From a virus (lineage: Duplodnaviria > Caudoviricetes), in the IMG/VR virus record IMGVR_UViG_3300031938_000005, positions 1-54,257 of that record: a DNA stretch of 54,257 nucleotides, one strand, 5' to 3'. A model generated the notes under the pieces. That model was given only the letters and a program-made list of their open reading frames with translations, was not told the DNA's origin and searched no databases. The position numbers were made by a program, and so were the translations under genes. Below, piece by piece: positions 25,813 through 35,000 of this stretch (position 1 is the first letter of the stretch; every line of letters starts with the position of its first letter).

Positions 25813-25868
25813 ATTATGTACCCTGTGATTCCTGCGAAACTGAAAGCCCTTGTGGGGCTTTGCAGCTT
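25811..25868 (-). repeat. terminator+promoter repeat unit
   Basis: AAGCTGCAAAGCCCCACAAGGGCTTTCAGTT-TCGCAGGAATCACAGGGTACATAATGA. Confidence 0.9.
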
Positions 25869-25871
25869 GGA

Positions 25872-26030
25872 TCAGTCGTTCTGGTTCTTCTTCTGGATGG
25901 CGTCGTACGCGTGAACAGCGAGGGAGGCCGCGACCAGGGCGGTGAAGGCGTAGCGCTTGATTTTGGTGTTGCGCCGGCTCTTCTTCGCCTGGGTCTCGAT
26001 CTCCGAGGTGTTGTCGGTGACGATGTGCAT
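25872..26030 (-). CDS. cassette gene, 52-aa single-TM protein
   Basis: Manually read MHIVTDNTSEIETQAKKSRRNTKIKRYAFTALVAASLAVHAYDAIQKKNQND; GAAAGGA RBS. Confidence 0.75.
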   Translation of the reverse strand: MHIVTDNTSEIETQAKKSRRNTKIKRYAFTALVAASLAVHAYDAIQKKNQND

Positions 26031-26060
26031 TTCAGGGTCCTTTCAGAGGGGTGAATGGTC

Positions 26061-26118
26061 TCATTATATGGCCCGTAATTCCTGCGAAACTGAAAGCCCT
26101 TGTGGGGCTTTGCAGCTT
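26061..26118 (-). repeat. terminator+promoter repeat unit
   Basis: Near-identical to 25811-25868; promoter TCGCAGGAATTACGGGCCATATAATGA. Confidence 0.9.
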
Positions 26119-26123
26119 GCTGC

Positions 26124-26315
26124 TCAGGCAGCGGGTTCGACGTCCCAACTCATGTCGTAGTACTCATCGAAGAGGTTGTGCTCCTTGAGGAATTCGTTCC
26201 ACTCACGAGCGTTGCGCATCTGCAGAGCGATGCCTACCGAGGCGGTGGCAACTACTGCAATGGCGACGCGGTGGTCGGAAACGAACTTCCTCGTACGGGC
26301 GATCTTGTTCTTCAT
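26124..26315 (-). CDS. cassette gene, 63-aa single-TM protein
   Basis: MKNKIARTRKFVSDHRVAIAVVATASVGIAL...FLKEHNLFDEYY. Confidence 0.8.
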   Translation of the reverse strand: MKNKIARTRKFVSDHRVAIAVVATASVGIALQMRNAREWNEFLKEHNLFDEYYDMSWDVEPAA

Positions 26316-26344
26316 TGTATGTCCTTTCATAAGGGGTTTGGGTC

Positions 26345-26402
26345 TCATTATATGGCCCGTAATTTCTGCGAAACTGAAAGCCCTTGTGGGGCTTTACAGC
26401 TT
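26345..26402 (-). repeat. terminator+promoter repeat unit
   Basis: Near-identical unit; promoter TCGCAGAAATTACGGGCCATATAATGA. Confidence 0.9.
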
Positions 26403-26405
26403 GGA

Positions 26406-26558
26406 TCAGTTCTCGTTGGTCTCGGTCAGCTTCTCGACGAGCTTGTCGTCCGCAGCCTTGGCGAGGTCCGTGACGAACTGGTAAAGGCCGTAAGCGGCCA
26501 TACCAAGTGCGACAAGTACCAGGCCGTCATTAGCGGTCTTAGCAGTTTTCTTAAGCAT
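26406..26558 (-). CDS. cassette gene, 50-aa single-TM protein
   Basis: MLKKTAKTANDGLVLVALGMAAYGLYQF... Confidence 0.75.
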   Translation of the reverse strand: MLKKTAKTANDGLVLVALGMAAYGLYQFVTDLAKAADDKLVEKLTETNEN

Positions 26559-26587
26559 GATGGGTCCTTTCAGAGGGGTGAATGGTC

Positions 26588-26645
26588 TCATTATATGACC
26601 CGTAAATTTTGCGAAACTGAAAGCCCGTGTGGGCTCTCAGCTTTA
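26588..26645 (-). repeat. terminator+promoter repeat unit
   Basis: AAAGCTGAGAGCCCACACGGGCTTTCAGTT-TCGCAAAATTTACGGGTCATATAATGA. Confidence 0.9.
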
Positions 26646-26647
26646 AC

Positions 26648-26806
26648 TCAGTACATCTCCGTGCGGGGTGCAGCGTGGTATGAATTGGTGGCGAAGGCGT
26701 ACTCCGGCTTCCGTTCCTCGATAACGGTCTCGACGACCTGCTTGGGGTCTTCGTTCCGCATCTTGGCTTGGGCCAGGGCAATCGCTTCGGTCAGGTTCTT
26801 CGGCAT
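26648..26806 (-). CDS. cassette gene, 52-aa protein
   Basis: MPKNLTEAIALAQAK..., GAAAGGAAG RBS. Confidence 0.75.
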   Translation of the reverse strand: MPKNLTEAIALAQAKMRNEDPKQVVETVIEERKPEYAFATNSYHAAPRTEMY

Positions 26807-26835
26807 GTTGCTTCCTTTCAAAGTGGTTAATGGGT

Positions 26836-26862
26836 TCATTATATGGCTCGTAAATTCTGCGA
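26836..26862 (-). promoter_or_regulatory. phage promoter motif copy
   Basis: TCGCAGAATTTACGAGCCATATAATGA. Confidence 0.85.
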
Positions 26863-26917
26863 CATTAATCCGGTTTATCCCCCCGGGCAAATTTTTAGAG
26901 TCCAGGATTGAACTCGG

Positions 26918-26978
26918 GAAAGGAACCATACCTTTGCAACTTGTGCATTGGCGCCTCTAATGAAGCGGGATTCCTTTC
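26918..26978 (-). ncRNA. small three-way-junction RNA (cassette sRNA C)
   Basis: GAAAGGAA/TTCCTTTC closing stem, GCTTC-ATTA-GAGGC and TGCA-CAAGT-TGCA hairpins, no ORF. Confidence 0.6.
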
Positions 26979-27003
26979 ATTATGATCCGTGATTATCGTG
27001 CGA
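26977..27003 (-). promoter_or_regulatory. phage promoter motif copy
   Basis: TCGCACGATAATCACGGATCATAATGA. Confidence 0.8.
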
Positions 27004-27006
27004 ACC

Positions 27007-27050
27007 AAAACTAAGAGGCCCTGTAAGGTGTTTAGTCTCACAGGGCCTCT
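27007..27050 (-). terminator. intrinsic terminator
   Basis: AGAGGCCCTGT...ACAGGGCCTCT-TAGTTTT. Confidence 0.8.
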
Positions 27051-27083
27051 CGGCTTTGATGTCTGTTCAGTTGGCTTGGCGGT

Positions 27084-27377
27084 TCAGCCGAGCTTCTTGA
27101 CGAATCCGAGGGCCTTGGTGGAAATCACGTTCACGTCTTCATGACGGATGATCAACGCGATACCGATCAGATTTGCCGCAACGGTCAGAACAACATCAGG
27201 GCTCGGTCGCCACTTGGGAGCACGGTCGTGCTCGCGCAGCTTGTAGAGCTTGATGAGGTTGTCTGCCATCTTGGTGTACTTATCAGTATCGGGGTCGACC
27301 GTCTGCATGTCGTCGTGCAAACGTTCGATTGCCTTCTCAAGGTCCGTCGTCTCGACGGGGGGCTTCGGGGTGAACAT
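27084..27377 (-). CDS. cassette gene, conserved hypothetical protein
   Basis: SPDVVL.VAANLIGI.LII.HE..NVI.TKA.GFV motif. Confidence 0.8.
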   Translation of the reverse strand: MFTPKPPVETTDLEKAIERLHDDMQTVDPDTDKYTKMADNLIKLYKLREHDRAPKWRPSPDVVLTVAANLIGIALIIRHEDVNVISTKALGFVKKLG

Positions 27378-27401
27378 AGCGTTCTCCTTCTGTATAGGGT
27401 C

Positions 27402-27428
27402 TCATTATAAGAGATGTTATTCTCGCGA
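27402..27428 (-). promoter_or_regulatory. phage promoter motif copy
   Basis: TCGCGAGAATAACATCTCTTATAATGA. Confidence 0.75.
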
Positions 27429-27447
27429 GGCCCTCATTGAGGAAGGA

Positions 27448-27867
27448 TCAGTGCTTGAGCACCTTGAAGGTGATCTCCTTCTTGGTCGCCAGGTCATCCG
27501 GGTGGGAATTCAGCTCCAGCGACATCGTCTTCGAGTTCTCGTCCTTCTGCATCATGTGCATGAAGCCGTCGAACTTGACATCGGACTTGTTGTAGGAGCG
27601 TCGAGCCACTCGGACCACAAGGCCGAGGAAGACGGTGAATGCGGTGATGGTCGCAGAGACCTTCTCGCCCCCGCCAAGACCCCAGATCGTCGCTACCGCG
27701 AGATACAGGGTGGCCATGCCGGGAAGGATGACCTCGACGAGTGCACGAAGCGCCTCGTAGGTCCCGCTACTGAAGACCAGGGCCGGAGGCGTCTGCTCCT
27801 CGATCGGGGTGATCTCCGGGTCCTCCGTCAGCGGGGTCTCGGGAATGTTCATCGGGGTGTTCGTCAT
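27448..27867 (-). CDS. holin (Dp-1-like)
   Basis: YEAL...ILPG.ATLY...IWGL...V.ATI...FLG, two TM segments. Confidence 0.7.
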   Translation of the reverse strand: MTNTPMNIPETPLTEDPEITPIEEQTPPALVFSSGTYEALRALVEVILPGMATLYLAVATIWGLGGGEKVSATITAFTVFLGLVVRVARRSYNKSDVKFDGFMHMMQKDENSKTMSLELNSHPDDLATKKEITFKVLKH

Positions 27868-28246
27868 CTTCGAAGCCTTCCTTGTAGTTAATGATGACTG
27901 GGCCTACGCCACGTTCCAGCAGGAATATGCGGGTAGTGAGGTCTCTATTCCTGGCCCTGAGATCCATGATCTCCTGATCATTTTGCTCGCGGAGCTGTCG
28001 TATCTGCTTGTCCTGTTCGAGGACCCGCGCACGAAGCTCGTCAAGCTCTCGATCCTGTCTTGAAATGGTTTCCGTGTCGTAGGAGCGTGCCCGCTCGTAT
28101 GCCTCCCGCTCGAGTTCAAGCCTCGAGGTTGAGAGATTCGCCTTGGAGGAAGACCTCTGAGCTGCCCATCCAGCAAGTCCGGCTACGACCGCCACGATTA
28201 TGCTGGATAGGGCCGTGGCGAGTGCAGTGTCAATCTTCATTAGCAA
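27767..28246 (-). CDS. membrane-anchored coiled-coil protein (lysis module)
   Basis: N-terminal TM followed by coiled coil. Confidence 0.65.
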   Translation of the reverse strand: MLMKIDTALATALSSIIVAVVAGLAGWAAQRSSSKANLSTSRLELEREAYERARSYDTETISRQDRELDELRARVLEQDKQIRQLREQNDQEIMDLRARNRDLTTRIFLLERGVGPVIINYKEGFEDDEHPDEHSRDPADGGPGDHPDRGADASGPGLQ

Positions 28247-28727
28247 CCCTCCCCTGAGCTCTGATGGCGCGAACCATCTCCTCGAGGATCTGCTCCTCTC
28301 CAGGATTGCGTAGTCCGCTGATCGCCCACCACATGAATGCCACGAGGCCCCAGATAAGGGTGCCGCTGACGTTCGCCCATGGGGAATGGAAGAACAGAAT
28401 GCCTACTAGGTAAAACATGGACCATCCGGCGGTGAGCCCTGTCAGAACCATGTAACCCCAGGTCTTCGAGATTGGTGGCCATCGCGAGGAAATGATGGCC
28501 AAGAATCCCGCAAACATGAAGACGCCGCCCCAACCCCGAATGCTCCACCACTTCAAGGCCACCACAAGGGCGATAGATCTTGACGGGGTTGGTTCCGTTA
28601 GGATATAGGACATGCCGATGCCGACGTAAACGAGCCCTGCGACCAGAAGGACCAAGCCATGACGTTTCCAGGGCCGTAGCCCGCGCCAATTGGCCGGAGC
28701 CAAAAATACGATAGCGTTTTGAATCAT
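28230..28727 (-). CDS. 4-TM membrane protein (possible holin accessory)
   Basis: Four hydrophobic segments, adjacent to the holin. Confidence 0.7.
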   Translation of the reverse strand: MIQNAIVFLAPANWRGLRPWKRHGLVLLVAGLVYVGIGMSYILTEPTPSRSIALVVALKWWSIRGWGGVFMFAGFLAIISSRWPPISKTWGYMVLTGLTAGWSMFYLVGILFFHSPWANVSGTLIWGLVAFMWWAISGLRNPGEEQILEEMVRAIRAQGRVANED

Positions 28728-28739
28728 GGATCTCCTTCC

Positions 28740-29738
28740 TTACTCAGTCGGTTTCCAGAGGCCGGCGATCTTCACATATGGCTGTGCGATGCGCCAAACT
28801 CCGTTGTACATGACGTAGGGGACTGCTCGCTTTTTGATTCCGTTGACGTCAACAAAGGAACCTGCGGATGTGCGAAATGCAGCACTGGGCTTTGACCAAG
28901 GGCCCCATCCATATGCATTCCGAGCTCGTGAGAAAAAGTAGTAACTAATTCCCGGAGTCAGATTGCTGGCAGTTGCCTTAGCGGGATCCGGAATCGAAAC
29001 CGTCAGAGAGGGAGCTGTGGGGGAGCTCCCATAACCGAGTTGGTATTCGAGGATTGCCGAACCACCAGTACCTGTGGATGAGAACGGAGCTTTGACCGAG
29101 GTCTTGGATATGGCTGAAATGACTGGGATTGTTGGTGCGGGCGGAACACTGTTGGTTTTTGCGGATGCGCGAGTAGACCAAGCGCCCCACCCAAGAGCGT
29201 TTCGACCACGAGCCCAGAAATAGTACGTGACACCAGAAGCCAGTCCAGTTACCGTGCCGATTCCATCGCTTAGCGATAGATCCTTATACGATGTAGGACT
29301 TGTGGACGAGGTGCCATATCCAAGCTGCCACTGCAGAACTGTTGAACCGCCGGTACCGTTCGAGTTCGAGTTGACCGAAACCGAGCTATTGGTCCAACCG
29401 GTGATCAACAGAGTAGGTGCTGGTGGCTTTGTAGCGCGATTGATATTTACGCTGAGCGTCGTGGGGCCACCGAGACCGCTTGTGCCGGTCGATCCGAGGT
29501 AGAAGCTGACCGTCTGAGAGGTGGTGACTGACCACGCGCCAAGCTTTTGCCAAGCGCCACCTGGCTGGAAGCTAAAAGACTTCCATGCGCTTGTCACGCC
29601 GTTGACGTAGTAACGCCAAGGCAACTGGTAGTTGTACGTCTGTGATCCAGCCTTGAGCCAGAATTCGACAGTTGTTCCGGTATCCCGGATCATCATGGTT
29701 CCCGAAGAACCAGTAGCCTTCGTGTAGTCGGTCATCAC
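28740..29738 (-). CDS. minor tail protein with two fibronectin type III-like repeats
   Basis: Duplicated NGTGGS..L.Y/WQLGYG...L..G..YYF.AR.RNA.GWG.WS. Confidence 0.75.
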   Translation of the reverse strand: MMTDYTKATGSSGTMMIRDTGTTVEFWLKAGSQTYNYQLPWRYYVNGVTSAWKSFSFQPGGAWQKLGAWSVTTSQTVSFYLGSTGTSGLGGPTTLSVNINRATKPPAPTLLITGWTNSSVSVNSNSNGTGGSTVLQWQLGYGTSSTSPTSYKDLSLSDGIGTVTGLASGVTYYFWARGRNALGWGAWSTRASAKTNSVPPAPTIPVISAISKTSVKAPFSSTGTGGSAILEYQLGYGSSPTAPSLTVSIPDPAKATASNLTPGISYYFFSRARNAYGWGPWSKPSAAFRTSAGSFVDVNGIKKRAVPYVMYNGVWRIAQPYVKIAGLWKPTE

Positions 29739-29744
29739 ACCTCC

Positions 29745-29984
29745 TTACAAGAGGATCTTGAAGTAGATGTCACCGTCATTGCCGCCCGTGGGGTCGGCGG
29801 TCCCAGAGGAAATACCCGCCGCAGTGCGGTAAGCAGCCTTGCTGCCGGGAATAAGAGCCTTGAGCTGCGCGATGAAGTCGCGAGTTCGGTTGAGCTCTCG
29901 AGCGCCCCAGCGGACGCGACCCTCCTCCCCGGTATCGGGGACTGTGGGATAACCCGCATCGCGGGCCTGATCTCCAACTGCCAT
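29745..29984 (-). CDS. small tail-associated protein
   Basis: 79 aa, GTADPTGG.DGDIYFK motif. Confidence 0.7.
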   Translation of the reverse strand: MAVGDQARDAGYPTVPDTGEEGRVRWGARELNRTRDFIAQLKALIPGSKAAYRTAAGISSGTADPTGGNDGDIYFKILL

Positions 29985-29995
29985 GCCAAACCTCC

Positions 29996-31174
29996 TTACG
30001 GCTTCTCGCTCCAGGTGATGGGATCTGCGTCGTAGTCGAGCCAGGTCTTCGTGCCCTCAGAGAGCCAAGATCCGGTGTTCACGAACGTGTTCTTAGCAAG
30101 CGTCGGATATGTTCGCTCACCCTCTTTGTCCGAGACAAAGATCTGCTCTGTGACGCGCATCAGATTGGCATAGCCATCATCATTTCGCTGCTCGACAATG
30201 TCGCCCAAGTAGTAGTCGCGTTGGTACTTGTACTGACTACGCGGGTTGATCTCACCATCAAAGGCCTGGAAAGCCTGGTTTTTGGCGAGCTCGGCCTGAC
30301 CGCGCTGAAGCACGGCGAGGTTGAACTTTTCGGTGTCCCCACTGACGGACTCCAACGTAATGTCATTGGCGTCTACGATGAGAACTCGACGGTCGAATCC
30401 GCCAGTGTCCGCAGGAACGTCGCGAGGATATACCTGCTGAGTTCCGTCCGGAGTTACGACGTATGCAACGTTCTTCGAAGTCTCGATTGACGTCAACTCG
30501 GTCGTGTTAGTGAGGTTGTCCAACTCGGGTGAGAAAATGACAGGTGAACGAAGAGTCTGTCCACTCGATCGGTCACTCCCAGCGTAGACGTCCCAATAGA
30601 TTTGCGATGCGTCGAAGTTTCGAAGCAACCTGAAACCGAGATTCCAGATGTTGCAAATATCCTTGATAGTCTCTCCGACAGTCTTGATCGGAAGCTTCCA
30701 ATCGATTGGGTCGATCGGCTCAGATATGGTGCTCGGAGGCATCAACTCACCGCTTTCGACGATGAATGGAATACGATCGAGCGGGTCCAGCACCCCTGCG
30801 ACACAGATGTCGTGAAACACCTTGCGTGCAGCCGCTGCGGGGAGTGCTGTGAAGTCCCAGGTGCCCAGGTTCGCGAACGAATCCTGAGCCATCCGGTCCT
30901 CGAGCAGGGCTTCGAGAGAGTTACCTCTGACCTTGAGTACACGCTTGCCATCTTCGTCGAAGGTGTCCTCGATGGTCTCAGCCGTCATGACGCGATAAGA
31001 TTCGTTCATGGCCCAGCGAGTCCCGGTCTGGATGAAAGCCCGGGTCTGCGGCGTAGAGCGGATGATCAGTTCGAAATCGCCGTACTCTTTGAACCTTTCG
31101 GTCCAAATAAGCGACTCAAAACGGTCGATGACTCGCTCCCGCCGGAGGAGACTGTCGAGAAGATACACCTCCAT
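29996..31174 (-). CDS. minor tail/baseplate hub protein (Gp37-like)
   Basis: FESLIWTERF..YGDFEL, Y.RDY.LGDIV; second gene after the TMP. Confidence 0.8.
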   Translation of the reverse strand: MEVYLLDSLLRRERVIDRFESLIWTERFKEYGDFELIIRSTPQTRAFIQTGTRWAMNESYRVMTAETIEDTFDEDGKRVLKVRGNSLEALLEDRMAQDSFANLGTWDFTALPAAAARKVFHDICVAGVLDPLDRIPFIVESGELMPPSTISEPIDPIDWKLPIKTVGETIKDICNIWNLGFRLLRNFDASQIYWDVYAGSDRSSGQTLRSPVIFSPELDNLTNTTELTSIETSKNVAYVVTPDGTQQVYPRDVPADTGGFDRRVLIVDANDITLESVSGDTEKFNLAVLQRGQAELAKNQAFQAFDGEINPRSQYKYQRDYYLGDIVEQRNDDGYANLMRVTEQIFVSDKEGERTYPTLAKNTFVNTGSWLSEGTKTWLDYDADPITWSEKP

Positions 31175-32010
31175 TACAAACCTCCGAACTTCTCCGTGTA
31201 CTCGATTTGGAACGGCACGGGAGCACCGTTCGCATAGACCCTCAAGTGATTAATGCCCGGCTGCATCTGAATCCAGTCCGATGTGGGAGATACCGCATAG
31301 AGCGGAGATCTTTCCGTGCCAAGCAAGTCGAGGGTCGAGACCCCCTTAGCGCCGGGTTGGGTGGTGATGGTCAACACCGTTCCAGCACTAAGGGGGTCTG
31401 ACTCCGACAGTGCGAACTCGAGAGTCCGCAAGGAGTTGTCCGGTCGACGATGGTAGATCTCAAAGGCGTCCACGTCCCTGTCGGGAAATAGCTGGAACCG
31501 AATTCCAGTCTCGATAGAACCTCCGTAGTTGACCTCCAGTTCATCATCCGAACTAGTTGTGGTGCCCTCCACTATGCGCGCAATCGGATTGAAGAAGTTC
31601 GGATCGTTGCAAATGATGGAGGCGTTCCCCTCAGGGTCATCGGTGAAGAGTGGGAAAGGAAAGTCCTCCACCACACCTTCAATCCAATACGCCACATCAT
31701 TGTCGTAGAACCTAAGCTTCACAACCGACTTTGGCATGAAGAACCGGTAGAGACGGCTTCGAATATCGCGCACCGATCCGGTGTCGATGTCAGGCTCGAC
31801 GCCCAACTTGATTTTGATATTCCGCTCCTCGCGCTTAATCGACTGAAGCATAGTCCCGTCGAGTTGCGCGAAGCTGGTCGAGACGACCGTTGCGTGAACC
31901 GGATCTAGTCCCTCGATCTCCTTTACGACGATTCCCTCAGTGGGCTCGTCGAGCTGGAGAAGCAGCAGGTCGCCCTGAGGCGACTGTACGTCGAATGACC
32001 TGAGTGTCAT
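31174..32010 (-). CDS. distal tail protein (Dit)
   Basis: Directly follows the TMP; IEGLDPV.A, ERNI, W.Q..PG.N. Confidence 0.75.
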   Translation of the reverse strand: MTLRSFDVQSPQGDLLLLQLDEPTEGIVVKEIEGLDPVHATVVSTSFAQLDGTMLQSIKREERNIKIKLGVEPDIDTGSVRDIRSRLYRFFMPKSVVKLRFYDNDVAYWIEGVVEDFPFPLFTDDPEGNASIICNDPNFFNPIARIVEGTTTSSDDELEVNYGGSIETGIRFQLFPDRDVDAFEIYHRRPDNSLRTLEFALSESDPLSAGTVLTITTQPGAKGVSTLDLLGTERSPLYAVSPTSDWIQMQPGINHLRVYANGAPVPFQIEYTEKFGGL

Positions 32011-35000
32011 CGCTTATTCAGAGCTCCCTTCGCTGTCGAGATGACGTTCTTGGTGTTGCGATACGACTCCGCCGCAGATATGGCCTTCGGCGAATAGTTG
32101 TTCTGTGTGAAGTTGATCGGCGCCGGCGGTTGGTCGGGCTTGTCGCCCGGAACGTTGGCCTTACGAACAGCAGCGACCTCATCGGCCAGACTGCGCGCAA
32201 GAGAATATGCACCACCCACCGCGATGGGCTTGGTGGCAAGCATCCCTCCGATGTCCCCCGAGCCCTTACGGATATCCGTAAGGTCCAGAACGGGCTTAAT
32301 AGTGGGGTTGGTGTCGATATGCGTCGTCATGACATCGGAAAGCCCAGTAAGGGTCTTCCGCATCGCATCGATAGCATTGTGACCGACTTCCTCGGCAGCC
32401 TGGATAGGCATTCGAGAATCTGCCAGACCCTGGGCGAGGCCCTCGTTGGACCACTTGCCCACCTTCATGAACTCGCGAGACGGCGACTTGATCCCGAGCT
32501 TCTTCTTGATGGCCTTGACCATCGCATCGGCAATCTTGTCCATCTGCTTCTGAATATTCGCCTGCTGAGATTCCAATCCCTTGACGAGACCGGCGGCAGA
32601 GTCGACGGCGGCCTGGTAGAGCGCCTTTGAGGCGGAGTCTGCCAGTCCGGTTGCGGCCTTGTTCAGCGATGAATCCAGAGTGTTGATCTGGTCCACAGCA
32701 GTCTTGCCGCCGTCTAGAATTTGAGTGACGAACGGAATTGCGTCCGGACCCTTTGCGAGCAACTCCTTGTACATCTCATCGTTCAGACCCAGGTCGCGTA
32801 GCTTGTTGAGCTGAGCGGTGAATATCTGAGTGTCGGCCACCCTCTTCTCGAGATTGGTGATGTAGTCCGTGAGCTTGGTGTCGTTCTGGAAATCCGGAAG
32901 GTTCGCGTACTGGTCTTTGACGGACTTGTTGTAGTCGTCACGTACCTTCTTGGCGTCAGCCAACTTGTCGTTCGCAGCCTTGAGCTTGTCACCCACGGTC
33001 TGCAGCTGAGACGACAGACTGCTCAGCTTCTTAGTCTCATCACCCCAGCTGTTAACCAGCTTGGATGCGGCGGTAGTCTTCTTCAGCTCAGCCCGAGCCT
33101 GCGCCAATGCTGTGCTCGTTGCCCGGATCGCGTCGCGGTCCTTCTTACGTGCCTTGTTCAGCGTAGCGAGGCGAGCCTCAAGCTTCGAAATATCCTCCCG
33201 CTCCGCGGCCATGGCCGAGGCAACGAGATCACGCATGGTCTTGTAGGCCGCGTTGATCTGATCCTTGCTGCCCGTGAGACCCTTGGCGAAGCCCTCTGCC
33301 GAGTACTTACCAACCTTGGCGAACTCTCGCGAGGGAGAATGAATACCAAGAAGGTTCTTAGCCGCGTCTAGAGCTGATTTGGCCATTCCCTTTGCTGCGT
33401 TAACTACTGCGTTGACTCCATCACGGAGGCCGCCAGTCATACCATCGACGATAGCTCCAGCAAGGTTCTTACCTGCGTCACTCATCTCCTTCTGGTGTTG
33501 ACGAATGGAATTCGCCATACCATTCACGAAGGAAATGATCAACTCAATACCTGCGTCGATGATCCTCTTAAGGTTCTTAGAGATCCCATTGAGGAATGCG
33601 ACAATGACGTTCGTTGCCGCAGTGACGACCTGACCGATCTTGGCTGCGATTCCGTTGAGAATACCAATGACTAGCTGCATACCTGCACGCACAATCATCG
33701 GAATACCCTGCACCAGAACTCGGAGCAGTGTTGCCAACAGAGTCAGCATAAGCTGACCAACCTTGGGAATAACCCGGATGATTGCGTCCATCAGAGCCAC
33801 TAGAACGACCGTGATTGCCTGAGTAATTGCCGGTCCTGCTGTGGCAATAACCTTCGCAAACGCAACAAGACCGAGTCCGATCTGTTCCATCACAGTTGGG
33901 ATAAGGCCGATCAGGCCAGATACGATTGCCACGATTGCGGCAGTCGCACCAGCACCCGCTGCGGCAAGGGTCGTAAGACCCAGAGAAAATGCGAGAACGC
34001 CCGCGCCAGCCAGAGCGACACCGACTCCGAGGAGACCGATGGCGATCCCCAACCCAAGAAGGGATGGAATAACCGGCGTGAGTAGAGCGGCGGCGACGCC
34101 AATAACTGCAAGCGAAGCAGCGAGGACAAGGAGACCCTTCCCGATCTGTTCCCAGGACAGATTGCCCAGGGTGACGATGATCGGAGCCAGGATTGCCAGA
34201 GCACTTGCAACCACAATGAGTGCTGCCGCACCCGGAAGTGCAGCAGACATGCCCACCATGGCTAGAGCGATGATGCCTAGAGCCCCCGCAAGTGTGCCAA
34301 GGCCCTTCCCGATTTCCTCCATGGACATTCCGCCCATGGTGCTAAGCGCATCAGTGATCATCGACAGGGATGCGGCCACTGTGAATATCGCAGCTGCTGA
34401 CAGCAACGACGTCGGAGGAAGTAGCGCTAGAGCACCCGCGATTAGCGCCAGAGCGCCCGCTATAGTACCCAGCCCCTTACCGATGGTTTCCCCGTCTAGG
34501 GCTCCCATTTTGATGACAGCGTCACCAATTGCACTGAGAGCCGTCGCGACGACCAGGACGGCCGCAGCAGACAGTACGGATGACGGAGGAATGAGCGCCA
34601 GCGCCACTGCGATGGACCCGAGAGCCCCTGCCAGCGTTGCAACACCCTTCCCGATCTCTTCCCAAGACATCTTGGAGAAGTCGATGATCGCATCGGACAG
34701 AATCCGAATGCCCGTCGCGAGTAGAACGATGCCGACGCCTTGCGCGACACCACCCTTGTTCGCTGCAGCGAGCCTTGTGAATAGTGCAAGAGAACCAAGA
34801 ATGGCTCCAACTGCACCAAGACCCTTACCTAGCTCTTCCCAGCTCAGACCCGACAGATCTGTAACGGCCCCTACAAGGATCCGAACAGCACCCGCCATGA
34901 TCACGAGACCGGCACTGGCTGAGGCCATCTTCTTGCCATCAGGCATAGCCCTGGCTGCGCCTGCTAGAACTGCGAGGAGGGCGGAGGTACCACTAAGGCC

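Noticed and set aside
25811-26645. Repeat array as a CRISPR array
   Set aside because: The intervening segments are about 190-230 bp ORFs with RBSs, the repeats resolve into terminator + promoter, and no cas operon is present
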